A stretch of 64,000 nt of DNA, from NCBI GenBank assembly GCA_963715335.1, contig CAVQRZ010000021.1:1-64000 (forward strand). The letters run 5' to 3'. Source of the stretch: an uncultured delta proteobacterium (GTDB taxonomy: Bacteria > Desulfobacterota > Desulfuromonadia > Desulfuromonadales > BM103). Positions 30,310 to 40,508 of the stretch are shown here, piece by piece. Each line of letters opens with the position of its first letter. Position 1 is the first letter of the stretch. A model generated the notes under the pieces. The model was not told where the DNA came from and ran no database searches. It saw only the letters and a program-made list of their open reading frames with translations. The translations under genes and the position numbers were made by a program.

Positions 30310-31377
30310 TCAAACGCTCCTCGGCCGAGCCTCTTTGGCGAAATATCGTTTCTGCAGCCAGAAGGCAACATTCACCAGGGCGATCAGGGCAGGCACCTCG
30401 ACCAGGGGACCGATCACCGCCGTGAATGCGACACCTGATTCAATCCCGAACACGGCGATCGCAACAGCAATCGCCAGTTCGAAGTTATTGCCTGCAGCGG
30501 TAAAGGCGACGGTCGCTGTCTTGCTGTAATCGGCGCCGGCCTTGACCCCCATCATGAAACTGACCAGGAACATGATAATGAAGTAAATCAGGAGAGGGAT
30601 AGCAATCCGCACCACATCCATCGGGATGGTCACGATCAGTTCACCCTTGAGGCTGAACATCACGACGATTGTAAACAACAGGGCGACCAGGGTAATCGGA
30701 CTGATCTTGGGAATGAAGATCTCGTCATACCACTTCCTGCCTTTAAGCGGGATCAGGATGTAACGAGTTGCGATGCCGGCTATGAACGGGATGCCAAGAT
30801 AGATAAAGACACTCTCTGCAATCTGGCCGATGGTCACTTCGACAACCGCACCTTCCAGACCAAGCAGCGGCGGCAGCACCGTAATGAAAAGCCAGGCGTA
30901 GACGCTATAGAAGAGTACCTGAAAAATGCTGTTGAAGGCCACCAGGCCGGCGCAATACTCGGTGTTTCCATCGGCCAGTTCATTCCAGACGATGACCATC
31001 GCGATACAGCGCGCCAGGCCGATCATGATCAGGCCGACCATGTACTCCGGGTAACCGGATAAAAAAGTGACCGCCAGCACAAACATGAGGACCGGGCCGA
31101 TGACCCAATTCTGCAAAAGCGACAGCCCGAGGATTTTGCGGTTGCGAAACACCTCGCCGAGCTCTTCGTATTTCACCTTGGCCAACGGCGGGTACATCAT
31201 CAGGATCAGGCCGATAGCGATCGGCAGATTGGTTGTGCCGATGCTAAAGGCATTGACCACGCCCCTGACACCAGGCACCAGCCAGCCTCCGACCACACCG
31301 ATAAACATCGCCAGGAAAATCCACAGGGTAAGATAGCGGTCGAGAAAGGACAGCTTTTTTGTCAGGCCGTGTTCCAT
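30310..31377 (-). CDS. acr3: ACR3-family arsenite efflux transporter
   Basis: [42 protein letters not shown]. Confidence 0.95.
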   Translation of the reverse strand: MEHGLTKKLSFLDRYLTLWIFLAMFIGVVGGWLVPGVRGVVNAFSIGTTNLPIAIGLILMMYPPLAKVKYEELGEVFRNRKILGLSLLQNWVIGPVLMFVLAVTFLSGYPEYMVGLIMIGLARCIAMVIVWNELADGNTEYCAGLVAFNSIFQVLFYSVYAWLFITVLPPLLGLEGAVVEVTIGQIAESVFIYLGIPFIAGIATRYILIPLKGRKWYDEIFIPKISPITLVALLFTIVVMFSLKGELIVTIPMDVVRIAIPLLIYFIIMFLVSFMMGVKAGADYSKTATVAFTAAGNNFELAIAVAIAVFGIESGVAFTAVIGPLVEVPALIALVNVAFWLQKRYFAKEARPRSV

Positions 31378-31378
31378 C

Positions 31379-31816
31379 TTATTTGCCTTTCAGCTCGTCG
31401 TTGAAAAAATGGTTCAGCTGTTCGCGGATCTCGTCACGGACCCTCCGGTAAACCGCCAGGACCTGCTGATCGCTGCCGGTTGCCCGTGGCGGGTCATCAA
31501 ACGGCATGTGCAGGCGTCTTACCCCGCCGAAAAAGGCCGGGCACTTTTCGTCGGCGTCACCGCATAACGTGATCACGTAATCGAAGGTTAGACTCCCGTA
31601 GCGGCTCAGATGATCCGAAGTGTTGTGTGAAATGTCCATCCCGATCTCATGCATGACCTGGACAGCACGGGGATTGAGCCCGTGCGGTTCGGTTCCGGCA
31701 GAGACTGCGGTTTCTTTGATCTTTCCCGAAAAGTCGTGATTGACAATCCCGTCGGCCATCTGGCTACGACAGGAGTTGCCGGTACAGAGAAAAAGGACTC
31801 GCAAGGGTTCAGCCAT
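31379..31816 (-). CDS. arsC: Arsenate reductase (LMW-PTP/thioredoxin type)
   Basis: CTGNSCRS P-loop, [16 protein letters not shown]. Confidence 0.92.
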   Translation of the reverse strand: MAEPLRVLFLCTGNSCRSQMADGIVNHDFSGKIKETAVSAGTEPHGLNPRAVQVMHEIGMDISHNTSDHLSRYGSLTFDYVITLCGDADEKCPAFFGGVRRLHMPFDDPPRATGSDQQVLAVYRRVRDEIREQLNHFFNDELKGK

Positions 31817-31830
31817 TCTCAATTCACCTC

Positions 31831-31846
31831 ATCCGTCTATACGGAT
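31831..31846. promoter_or_regulatory. Candidate ArsR operator (copy upstream of arsC)
   Basis: ATCCG-TCTATA-CGGAT. Confidence 0.5.
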
Positions 31847-31865
31847 ATTTGTCGAGCAAAAAAAA

Positions 31866-32210
31866 TCAGGCCCCCTTTTGCAGGGAATCCCTACGGAACA
31901 CCTCGAGCTTGCGAAAGGCCTGTATAATCTCCGGAGAATCAACCAGAGAGTTTTTGAGTGTAGCGGTCAGAGGCTTGCGCAATCGGTCGTCAGCAGCGTC
32001 GAGCTGGTAATACATCCAAACCCCCTGCCTGCGATCACGGACCCAGCCGGTTCTTTTCAGATAGGCCAGGTGACGTGAGATGGTTGACTGGGGCAGTTCG
32101 AGTGCAGCAATAATTTCGCATACACACAGCTCGCCATCGAGCAAGAGTAGCAGGATACGCAGCCTGGTTTCATCGGCCAGGGCCTTGAATATTGCGGCTT
32201 CGTTCTTCAT
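31866..32210 (-). CDS. arsR: ArsR/SmtB transcriptional repressor
   Basis: Start MKNEAA; FKALADETRLRIL, ELCVCE, QSTISRHL. Confidence 0.92.
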   Translation of the reverse strand: MKNEAAIFKALADETRLRILLLLLDGELCVCEIIAALELPQSTISRHLAYLKRTGWVRDRRQGVWMYYQLDAADDRLRKPLTATLKNSLVDSPEIIQAFRKLEVFRRDSLQKGA

Positions 32211-32216
32211 TTTCCC

Positions 32217-32245
32217 AACATATCCGCCTAAGCGGATTAAGTCAA
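32217..32245 (-). promoter_or_regulatory. arsR promoter with operator palindrome in the spacer
   Basis: TTGACT-17-TATGTT containing ATCCG-N6-CGGAT (32222-32237). Confidence 0.65.
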
Positions 32246-32360
32246 CAGCAAGACCGCAATTTTCTTCGCCGAACACCGATTACTGCGACAGAGATGCGTT
32301 GAACTCATCAAAGAGGAAGACTTCAGAAGGACTGCATTTGAGGTAAGGGGAGTGGCCGAC

Positions 32361-32573
32361 TTATGCAAAAAGCGGGGTTTCAGATGTAGCAAGTCTGCGC
32401 TCGGGTCCGCCATAAGTACTGCGTTGTGATGAGCGAACTTCGTCGATGCCCAGGACGACCGGCCCGTTTTGCCTGTAGAAGCTTATAATCTCCTCCGACT
32501 CAATCAGGCGATCAAGGGTTTGTGGGTTGACATAATCGTAGTAGCCAGCGTTGTGCAGTACGCGTATAAGCAT
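32361..32573 (-). CDS. GSU3473-like small protein (second paralog)
   Basis: RBS GGAGG; MLIRVL...YDYVNP..LDRLI...I.SFYR..G.VVLGID.VR...YGGPERR. Confidence 0.7.
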   Translation of the reverse strand: MLIRVLHNAGYYDYVNPQTLDRLIESEEIISFYRQNGPVVLGIDEVRSSQRSTYGGPERRLATSETPLFA

Positions 32574-32706
32574 CTTTATCCTCCCACAGCCGGGGTCAGC
32601 AAAACACTCTCATCGCGATAAACCGCTTGCTATTCAAGTCTGGAATACAAATGAACCCGTTCAATATAACCAAATAGGCAGGGGGATACAACTAAAGATA
32701 GAGGAA

Positions 32707-32736
32707 AGGCCGCCTGGAGTTCAAACCAGGCGGCCT
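32707..32736 (-). terminator. Hairpin downstream of FmdB-like gene
   Basis: AGGCCGCCTGG-loop-CCAGGCGGCCT. Confidence 0.55.
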
Positions 32737-32763
32737 CGAGTCAATTTACGGGGGAAAAGGGTT

Positions 32764-33012
32764 CTATTCGTTGGCCGCTTTCGGACAACCGGCACAACCA
32801 CCGCCGGCATCTGCCGAAGGACAGGCCGCTGGCTTCTGACCGTAACCATGGTCGTACCAACCGTCACCTTTAAGGGCAAACCCGGTCTGCGAAATCAGCT
32901 TGGCCACCTGGCCACCGCATTCCCCGCATTCGGTCAACGGAGCGTCTGAAAATTTCTGCCGGGCCTCGAAAACCAGCCCGCAATCCTTGCATTGATATTC
33001 GTACATCGGCAT
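32764..33012 (-). CDS. FmdB-family zinc-ribbon protein
   Basis: MPMYEYQCKDCG...CGECGG...GFALKGDGWY. Confidence 0.88.
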   Translation of the reverse strand: MPMYEYQCKDCGLVFEARQKFSDAPLTECGECGGQVAKLISQTGFALKGDGWYDHGYGQKPAACPSADAGGGCAGCPKAANE

Positions 33013-33094
33013 GGCAAATCACCTTTTCTATGAGTCAGCAGAAAGCTGGAGAATAAAAAATCCGCCGGTAATCTAATAACTCTGCAGTGAGAAG

Positions 33095-33400
33095 TCAACC
33101 CCCCAGTAAATCCCTGAGCAGAGCGTCGATTTGTTGTCGATCGGCACCTTCCAGCAACAGGCGCTTGTGCCGTGACGTCTCACCGGCAACCAGCAGGACC
33201 CGACTCCTGGGAATGTCGCAGAGTTTGGCGATAAAAATCCGACAGGCCTTGTTCGCGGCCCCGTCCACCGGTGGGGCGGTCAGGGCAATCTTGAGTTCCT
33301 CACCCTGAAGACCGGCGATTCTACTGCGGCTGGCGCGGGGCTGGATATAAAGGGAGAGTTCGACGCCTGATTCAGTGTTCCGCAGGCACGGCAGGATCAC
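33095..33400 (-). CDS. DUF167/YggU family protein
   Basis: IQPRASRS...APPVDGAAN...GETSRHK. Confidence 0.88.
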   Translation of the reverse strand: MILPCLRNTESGVELSLYIQPRASRSRIAGLQGEELKIALTAPPVDGAANKACRIFIAKLCDIPRSRVLLVAGETSRHKRLLLEGADRQQIDALLRDLLGG

Positions 33401-34098
33401 TTGGGAAGGTTCTCCTCGTTGCCGTCATCTCCATTGTCGAAATCCAGGGCGAGTTCCTGAGACGGCGCGTCGCACCAGGCCTCACCGTTCTCCGGCTCCT
33501 GCGGCTCGCCAAACGCCGCATCTGCGTCCGGTTGTTCAGTTGAACCGGCCTTTTCAGGCCGCGATTTCCGTACTTCAGTCCCCGACCCGTGGTGCTTGAT
33601 AAAAGGTAACGGCTCTTCGAGCAGCCTGGTGCCGGTATCGTGCTGTTCAATAGCCACTGCGTTCATATCGAGCATCCTGATATGTTTTTCCAGAAGCCCC
33701 CGCAAGCTGACTTCGAAATCAATCTTCTGTCGCTTGATTTCCTGAATCTCGTTGATCAACTCCACGCGCCGCTCTTCGGCGTTGTACATCAGACGCTCAG
33801 CCTTGACTTCGGCCTCGGCCAGCATGACATCAACTTCACGGCGGGCTGTCGACTTTAACCCATCGGCGATTTTCTGGGCGGTCACCAGAGTCCTTTTGAG
33901 GGTTTCCTCGCGGTCGCGCATCTCCGCCAGGCTTGCTTTAACTCGCGCCAGTTCCTCCATCAAGTCGAGGTTTTCGCGAACCAACCGCTCCAGTTCCCCG
34001 GCCAGGAGTTCAAGGAACCGGTCGACACCGGCTTTTTCGTAGCCGAAAGGGCGCGATTTGAATTGTTGCTGCTGGATATCGATCGGACTGATTTTCAT
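33397..34098 (-). CDS. DivIVA-domain protein
   Basis: MKISPIDIQQQQF...FGY...VD.FL followed by coiled coil. Confidence 0.88.
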   Translation of the reverse strand: MKISPIDIQQQQFKSRPFGYEKAGVDRFLELLAGELERLVRENLDLMEELARVKASLAEMRDREETLKRTLVTAQKIADGLKSTARREVDVMLAEAEVKAERLMYNAEERRVELINEIQEIKRQKIDFEVSLRGLLEKHIRMLDMNAVAIEQHDTGTRLLEEPLPFIKHHGSGTEVRKSRPEKAGSTEQPDADAAFGEPQEPENGEAWCDAPSQELALDFDNGDDGNEENLPK

Positions 34099-34107
34099 GA
34101 TAACCGC

Positions 34108-34398
34108 CTAGAAACCGCCATAGGTCAATTTGTACTGGATTTGGGCGAGAATGTTCTGTAGCACGCCGATGATAATCAGTAAGGCAATCGGAGTAAAATC
34201 CATACCGCCAAACTGCAGGGGTAGCATGCGCCGCATACGGCTAAAGACGGGCTCAGTTGCGTTGTACAGGAAGCGAACAATCGGGTTGTACGGGTCCGGA
34301 TTGACCCAGGAGATCACCGCTCTGCCTATGACAATCCAGAAATAGATCGAAAGAATGGCATGCAAAACCTGAAAGACGGCACTGACCAATATGTCCAT
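34108..34398 (-). CDS. YggT family membrane protein
   Basis: ISWVNPDPYNPIVRFL..ATEP...GMDFTPI. Confidence 0.9.
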   Translation of the reverse strand: MDILVSAVFQVLHAILSIYFWIVIGRAVISWVNPDPYNPIVRFLYNATEPVFSRMRRMLPLQFGGMDFTPIALLIIIGVLQNILAQIQYKLTYGGF

Positions 34399-34584
34399 GA
34401 ATACTCCTAACCGGGGCACCGCTCAAGTCCCGGCTCAAATAAAGTCTTAATAATACTGATTTATAGCGTGTTAACAGGAAATGTGTCAATCACATGATGG
34501 TGCTAAATCCTTTAATCTTATTGATTTTTTTCCGTTTTGTAGGACATAATGCCTTATTTTTGCCCCAACTCTCAGGAGAAACCC

Positions 34585-35649
34585 ATGGTTCGGACCAACA
34601 ATCTCAATGTCAGCGGCTTGACCCCGCTTATTGCTCCCGCAGACCTCAAACAGGTCCTGCCCCTTTCCGAAGAGGATGCCGAATTCGTCGCCAAGTCCCG
34701 CGCGCAGGTCCAAGACATCCTCTGGAACCGTGACCCGCGCATCATGGTGGTGATCGGGCCCTGTTCCATTCATGATCCGAAGGCTGCAGTTGAATATGCC
34801 GAGAGGTTGGCAAAACTCAACAAGGAGCTGCAAGACCAATTGCTGCTGGTCATGCGCGTCTATTTCGAAAAGCCCCGCACCACGATCGGCTGGAAGGGCC
34901 TGATCAACGATCCGGACCTCAACGGTACGCACCTGATCTCCAAGGGGCTCGGGATTGCCCGCCGCCTGATGCTCAACATTACCGCCATGGGTCTGCCGGT
35001 CGCAACAGAGATGCTCGACCCGATCACGCCACAGTACTTGGCCGACACGATCAGCTGGGGGGCAATCGGCGCACGCACCACTGAAAGCCAGACCCACCGT
35101 GAGATGTCGAGCGGACTTTCCTTCCCGGTCGGCTTCAAGAATGGCACCGACGGCAACCTGCAGATCGCCATCGACGCCATGGGCGCCGCCTGCCACCCGC
35201 ACAGCTTTCTCGGCATCAACCGCGAGGGACGGACATCGATCGTCCGCACTACCGGCAACCCGGATGTTCACATCGTCCTGCGCGGCGGCAACGACAAACC
35301 GAATTACGAAGCGGCCGACATTGCCCAGGCCCAGAAGAAACTCGACGATGCCGGCATCAAAACCACCCTGATGGTGGACTGCAGCCACGCCAACTCACTC
35401 AAGGACCACAACCGCCAGGAAGCCGTCATGCAGGATGTGATGGCACAGATCGCAGCCGGCAACGCCAACATCGGCTCATTGATGATCGAAAGCTTTCTCA
35501 AGGAAGGCAACCAGAAAATGGCTGTCAAGCTGGAAGACCTGGAATACGGCGTCTCGATCACCGACAAGTGCGTCAACTGGGAGACCACTGAACGCATGCT
35601 GCGCTATGCCCATGCCACACTCAAGGCGTGTGGCGGACGCAAGATTTAA
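34585..35649 (+). CDS. 3-deoxy-7-phosphoheptulonate (DAHP) synthase, class I-alpha (AroF/G/H type)
   Basis: GPCSIHD, YFEKPRTTIGWKG, GARTTESQTHRE, VDCSHANS. Confidence 0.95.
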   Translation: MVRTNNLNVSGLTPLIAPADLKQVLPLSEEDAEFVAKSRAQVQDILWNRDPRIMVVIGPCSIHDPKAAVEYAERLAKLNKELQDQLLLVMRVYFEKPRTTIGWKGLINDPDLNGTHLISKGLGIARRLMLNITAMGLPVATEMLDPITPQYLADTISWGAIGARTTESQTHREMSSGLSFPVGFKNGTDGNLQIAIDAMGAACHPHSFLGINREGRTSIVRTTGNPDVHIVLRGGNDKPNYEAADIAQAQKKLDDAGIKTTLMVDCSHANSLKDHNRQEAVMQDVMAQIAAGNANIGSLMIESFLKEGNQKMAVKLEDLEYGVSITDKCVNWETTERMLRYAHATLKACGGRKI

Positions 35650-35657
35650 GGACCTCG

Positions 35658-36863
35658 ATGAACGACTCCTGCTGTCCTCCCCCGGAGAACAACACCAACT
35701 GCCGCCCGCCCGCAAAAGCTGAACCGGCAGCTTGTTGCCCGCCAGCCGCCACGCCCGTCGGCACGTGTTGCCCACCGGACAATAAGGCTTTGAGCTGCTG
35801 CCCGGCCATTGCTGACGACCGCCCCGGCTACAAGCTCTGGCCTTTCGTCTGTGGCTGGCTCAACACCCCGGCCGGCCAGGTCCCGCAAATCACAACCAGG
35901 CTGACAAGAACCGATATTTCCGGTCGCTGGCAGATGCGCTGGGGACTCGGCCGCAACCGCTACAGCATCGCCCCGGGGCTCTATGCCATCGGCTCACCAA
36001 CTGCCGACAGCCAGGTCCTGGTCACGGCCAACTACAAGATGACTTTCGACATCGTGCGCCGCGACATGCACGGCCACAACCTCTGGCTGCTGGTCCTGGA
36101 TACCAAAGGGATCAATGTCTGGTGCGCCGCCGGCAAAGGGACCTTCGGCACGGACGAAATGATTCGCCGGGTGCAAATCACCGGCCTGGATCAGGTCGTC
36201 AATCATCGGACCCTGATCGTGCCCCAACTCGGCGCTCCCGGCGTCGCATCCCACGAGGTTAGCAAGGCGAGTGGCTTCAAGGTCGTCTTCGGTCCGGTGT
36301 TCAGCAAGGACTTGCCGCTGTTCCTGCGCGACGGCTGCCATGCCGCCCCGGATATGCGTCGTGTCACTTTTGGCGTTATCGACCGGTTGGTGCTGACCCC
36401 CGTCGAGCTGGTCAACCTACGCAAACAGACCTTGTGGAGTATCCTGGCCCTCTTCATTCTTGGTGGCATTGGCCCGCAGATCTTTTCACCCTTGGCAGCC
36501 TGGAGCCGTGGCGGTGCTGCTATCTGCTCGGGCCTGCTCGGGATCTTCACCGGTGCCGTGCTGGTTCCGTTGCTCCTGCCATGGCTGCCCGGGCGGGCCT
36601 TCGCCATGAAAGGTGCGATAGCAGGACTTGTTGCGGGACTCGCGGGCATTGTCGTCCTGCATGCCTCGCTTGACTGGCTGAACTCCATGGCCCTGCTGAT
36701 CGCGGTCACCACGGTTTCTTCCTGGTGTGCCATGCACTTCACCGGCTCATCGACCTTCACCTCCCCTTCCGGTGTTGAAAAAGAAATGCGACAGGCCATC
36801 CCTGCCCAGGCTGCCGCCCTGCTGGTCGGCGGTGCGTGCTGGCTGGCCGCCGCGTTCCAATAA
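35658..36863 (+). CDS. hgcA: Mercury methylation corrinoid protein HgcA
   Basis: PGLYAIG, VTANYKMTFD, cap-helix TKGINVWCAAGKGTFG, PQLGAPGV, C-terminal TM helices ending FTGSSTFTSPSGVEKEM. Confidence 0.93.
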   Translation: MNDSCCPPPENNTNCRPPAKAEPAACCPPAATPVGTCCPPDNKALSCCPAIADDRPGYKLWPFVCGWLNTPAGQVPQITTRLTRTDISGRWQMRWGLGRNRYSIAPGLYAIGSPTADSQVLVTANYKMTFDIVRRDMHGHNLWLLVLDTKGINVWCAAGKGTFGTDEMIRRVQITGLDQVVNHRTLIVPQLGAPGVASHEVSKASGFKVVFGPVFSKDLPLFLRDGCHAAPDMRRVTFGVIDRLVLTPVELVNLRKQTLWSILALFILGGIGPQIFSPLAAWSRGGAAICSGLLGIFTGAVLVPLLLPWLPGRAFAMKGAIAGLVAGLAGIVVLHASLDWLNSMALLIAVTTVSSWCAMHFTGSSTFTSPSGVEKEMRQAIPAQAAALLVGGACWLAAAFQ

Positions 36864-37005
36864 CACCCGTGACTTAAGGTTTATTAGACATAATTCAAAA
36901 TCACCCGCCGCGCTTCTTGACCAGCCGTCATTGCATCATTATATTGAGCCTGCCTGATACCCGTCACGTGAAACGGGCCAGCAACTCCATTTGCAAGGAA
37001 ACCTC

Positions 37006-37911
37006 ATGGCCAAAGACTACTATGCTGTGCTCGGCCTGGAGAAATCTGCCGAAGCCGACCAGATCAAAAAAGCCTATCGTAAGCTGGCCCTGAAATACCA
37101 TCCGGACAAAAATCCCGATGACAAGGCGGCTGAAGAGCGTTTCAAGGAAATTACCGAAGCCTACGCAGTGCTCTCCGATCCGGACAAAAAGAAGCAGTAC
37201 GACCAGTTCGGCGATGCGGCGTTTCATCAGAACTTCTCGCAGGAAGACATTTTCCGGAGCGCCGATCTTGGCAGCATCTTCCGTGAATTCGGCTTCGGTG
37301 GCCGTGGCAGCGATGATATTTTCAGTCATATCTTCGGCGGCGCGGGACTCAATCAGGGTTTCGGCGGCCGCCAGAATTTTCACAGGCCGGTCAAGGGACA
37401 GGACTACCTGATGCGGCTGACGATCCCGTTCCGACAGGCGGTGCTCGGCGGCGAGCGGCGGGTTGACCTCGACCGTAACGGCAAGGTCGACCAGCTGCAG
37501 GTGCGCATCCCGGCCGGGGTCGAATCAGGACAGAAACTGCGCATCCCCGGCAAGGGCGGCGCCAGCCCGTCCGGCGGCCCGGCTGGAGACCTGATGCTGG
37601 AACTCACGGTGACCGGAGACTCCCGGTTCCAACGTGAAGGCAGTGATCTTTTTACAACAGTTAAGGTGCCGTTTAGCGGAGCGTGCCTCGGCACCTCGGT
37701 TGAAGTCGAAACCCTCGAGCAGGCCAAGCGCATCAAGGTCAAGCCCGGCACCCGGAGCGGCAGCAAGATCAGGTTGAAAGGTTTTGGTGTCCCCGGACGA
37801 CCGGGCAAAGAGGCTGGTGATCTTTACGTTGTTATCGAAGTCGCCGTACCGCACCACCTGAATGACGAGCAAAAGGAATTGCTGAAACAGCTTCAGGCGC
37901 ATGACCTTTGA
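37006..37911 (+). CDS. DnaJ-class chaperone lacking zinc finger (CbpA-like)
   Basis: J domain (KYHPDKN), G/F region, DnaJ_C, no CxxCxGxG repeats. Confidence 0.88.
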   Translation: MAKDYYAVLGLEKSAEADQIKKAYRKLALKYHPDKNPDDKAAEERFKEITEAYAVLSDPDKKKQYDQFGDAAFHQNFSQEDIFRSADLGSIFREFGFGGRGSDDIFSHIFGGAGLNQGFGGRQNFHRPVKGQDYLMRLTIPFRQAVLGGERRVDLDRNGKVDQLQVRIPAGVESGQKLRIPGKGGASPSGGPAGDLMLELTVTGDSRFQREGSDLFTTVKVPFSGACLGTSVEVETLEQAKRIKVKPGTRSGSKIRLKGFGVPGRPGKEAGDLYVVIEVAVPHHLNDEQKELLKQLQAHDL

Positions 37912-37962
37912 ACAAGTGTGGTGGTCGAGCACCTCGGAACATGTAAAACAGGGCCGGGCATG

Positions 37963-39780
37963 TCAGTGAATCAGCGGATTTCGCGGTAGTGAACGGCTCT
38001 CGTCAAAATCATCTTGTTCGAACTTGAACAGTGAAACCGTGTCTTGAAGTTGCCCGACCTGGCTGGCCAATTCCTCTGCGGTCGAGGAGAGCTCCTCCGC
38101 CGCTGCAGAATTTTGCTGGATAATCCGGTCAAGCTGCTGAATCGCACTGCTGATCTGATTCGCTCCGGCATCCTGTTCGCCGCTGGCCAAAGAAATTTCC
38201 TGCACCAACTCGGCGGTCTTCTGAATAGCGGGAACGATCATCTCCAACAAACGACCTGCGTTTTCCGCCACCTCGACGCTGGTACTTGACACATTGCCGA
38301 TCTCTCCCGCAGCCACCTGGCTCCGCTCGGCAAGTTTTCGCACCTCGGCTGCGACAACCGCAAAGCCCTTGCCATGGGCTCCGGCCCGAGCAGCTTCAAT
38401 TGCGGCGTTGAGTGCCAACAGATTGGTCTGCCTGGCAATCTCCTCGACAATCAGAATCTTGGAAGCAATTTCCTTCATCGCCAGCACGGTCTGCATGACG
38501 GCTTCGCCACCTTGACGGGTATCGGCGGCGGCCTTGCTGGCGATTTTTTCGGTCTGAATGGCATTGTCGGCGTTTTGCCGAATATTGGCGACCATCTCCT
38601 GCACGGAAGCGGCGGCCTGCTCTGCAGAAGAAGCCTGGGTCGATGCTCCTTCGGACAGGACCTGACTGGCTTTGGCGACTTCGCTGCTGCCGAGGGCAAT
38701 CTGGCTGGTCGAAAGATTGATGCCGCCAGCGATCTCCCGCAGACTCACCAGCATCTTCTGCAGAGCGCGGCCGAACTGATCCTCCTTTGAAGCCAGTCGG
38801 ATATCGACAGTCAGATCCCCCGCGGCAATCCCCTCGGCCATGCCTATTTTTTCCTGCAAGCCCGCTGACATCAGGTTAAAGGCTTCTGCCAGGTCACCGA
38901 TTTCATCCTTTTGGCCGATTTGCAAGCCTTCTGCGAAGCGCCCCAGGCTCATCTCACGGGCAGATTTCACAACCAGTGCCAAAGGCCTGGTGATGCTACG
39001 GATAATCAGAACGGTGAGAAAAAGCGAGAGGATCAGCGCAACCAGGACTGTAATGACAAAATTGCGGGTTGTCTGAGAATAACTCTCCAGGGAGCTGAGG
39101 TAGCTCATTTTACCAAGCAACCCCATCAGCCCCTGAAGGGTGTCAAGAGACTGTTGTAACGTGCCGAAATCCTCGTCTGTTCCAGCCATCATGCCAGCCG
39201 CCATTTCGGCGCCGATATCTTTCATCGCCCGCACCGTTGGCATCACATCAATGACCGCCAGACGATAACTCTCGATGGCGAAAAAAACCTCTGTGCAGAG
39301 AAGCCTGGCCGTCTCGTCGTTAAGCTGCTCGGCATCCTCAGTCTGGAGGGCTTTCTTGATCCGTGCCAACTCTGCGCTCAACTCGACCCGTGACTTGACC
39401 AGAGCAGAATAATTATTGGCGCTTTTTTTCAAGACCTCGCCATCCAGATCGCCCATCACCGTGATCCTTTGCTGGGCCTGGTCGAGCAGCTTCATGAAAC
39501 CGGCAACGCCCTGGTCAATGTCCTGCTCGCTCTTTTCCATATTGATCATGTTGACAACTTTGTAGATATGAGCGTTGGCGGCAAGCAGTATCTTACCCAC
39601 GTCGCCGCTCTCACGGATATCCGCAAACTGGTTCTGGTAAAGGCTTTCCATAGCGTGATTCTGTCCCTGTAAACCGCGGAAGGAGACTGCGGCGAGGGCC
39701 AACATCAGTAGGACCATAAGACCGGCCAAGCCAAACAATTTGCCGGCTACCCTGAAATCAAGCAGTAGTCTCTTTATCAT
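37963..39780 (-). CDS. Methyl-accepting chemotaxis protein
   Basis: Two TMs, [42 protein letters not shown]. Confidence 0.95.
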   Translation of the reverse strand: MIKRLLLDFRVAGKLFGLAGLMVLLMLALAAVSFRGLQGQNHAMESLYQNQFADIRESGDVGKILLAANAHIYKVVNMINMEKSEQDIDQGVAGFMKLLDQAQQRITVMGDLDGEVLKKSANNYSALVKSRVELSAELARIKKALQTEDAEQLNDETARLLCTEVFFAIESYRLAVIDVMPTVRAMKDIGAEMAAGMMAGTDEDFGTLQQSLDTLQGLMGLLGKMSYLSSLESYSQTTRNFVITVLVALILSLFLTVLIIRSITRPLALVVKSAREMSLGRFAEGLQIGQKDEIGDLAEAFNLMSAGLQEKIGMAEGIAAGDLTVDIRLASKEDQFGRALQKMLVSLREIAGGINLSTSQIALGSSEVAKASQVLSEGASTQASSAEQAAASVQEMVANIRQNADNAIQTEKIASKAAADTRQGGEAVMQTVLAMKEIASKILIVEEIARQTNLLALNAAIEAARAGAHGKGFAVVAAEVRKLAERSQVAAGEIGNVSSTSVEVAENAGRLLEMIVPAIQKTAELVQEISLASGEQDAGANQISSAIQQLDRIIQQNSAAAEELSSTAEELASQVGQLQDTVSLFKFEQDDFDESRSLPRNPLIH

Positions 39781-39880
39781 TTCCCCTGCTTTCAACGAAA
39801 GGATGTATAGATGTAAAAGGGACCCCGCCGCAGGTTGATCAAAAACTGCGGCGGGGCGACATACAATTTAAATGCTTGAT

Positions 39881-40345
39881 TTATTCTTCTTCGTACATAC
39901 CGGAACCAAGCCACCAGCCGTCATCCACCTTGACGACGTAGCCCATCTTCGGCATGACTTTCTTTTCTACAGGATTGTCCCAGTAATACCGGAGCCAGCC
40001 CTGACCGCCCTCGGCAATGTTGCGCAATTCCTCGATCACGCTCAGCCCCTTGGCGTCCTTGAGCCGCAGCAGGTTTTTACCGACCAGTGCCGGTTTGGCG
40101 CCGTGGGAGATAACATTGCCGTCAAAATCGTAAGCGAAGATGTAAAGCTCCCCGCGGAAAAATTCGCCTTGAGGATTCATGAATTCTTTGAGGGCTTGTT
40201 CTTTACCGTTGGCTTTGGCGTAACTGACAGCCTTGTCGACGAAAGCTTTCACTTCATCCTTGGTCGGATGTTGCTCGGAAGCTGAAGCCAATAAAGGCAA
40301 CCCGACCAATAACACCGCCATCACAACCACAATTAACTTCTTCAT
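39881..40345 (-). CDS. Stand-alone secreted single-Cache domain protein
   Basis: Signal peptide; ELYIFAYD..G..ISHG..P.LVGKN...KDAKG...GWLRYYW.NP. Confidence 0.85.
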   Translation of the reverse strand: MKKLIVVVMAVLLVGLPLLASASEQHPTKDEVKAFVDKAVSYAKANGKEQALKEFMNPQGEFFRGELYIFAYDFDGNVISHGAKPALVGKNLLRLKDAKGLSVIEELRNIAEGGQGWLRYYWDNPVEKKVMPKMGYVVKVDDGWWLGSGMYEEE

Positions 40346-40491
40346 CTAAAATAACCTCCTAGCCCGACGTTTCCCCGAGATCCCCTGTCACACCATTGCA
40401 ACCAGGGGCTACCGAGTGTTTAGTGCCAACAGGGGGCCTGGATTATTCAGCGGTGCCCCACAGCATTCTGGCATACGATACAAGAGAATAA

Positions 40492-40508
40492 AGCAACTTA
40501 TGTACCAA
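40492..40508 (-). promoter_or_regulatory. sigma54 (-24/-12) promoter for Cache-MCP genes
   Basis: Minus strand TTGGTACATAAGTTGCT: GG-N10-GC. Confidence 0.6.

Noticed and set aside
35658..36863. Selenocysteine-type HgcA or fused HgcAB
   Set aside because: Cap helix codon is TGC (Cys), no in-frame TGA, and no ferredoxin motif in the ORF
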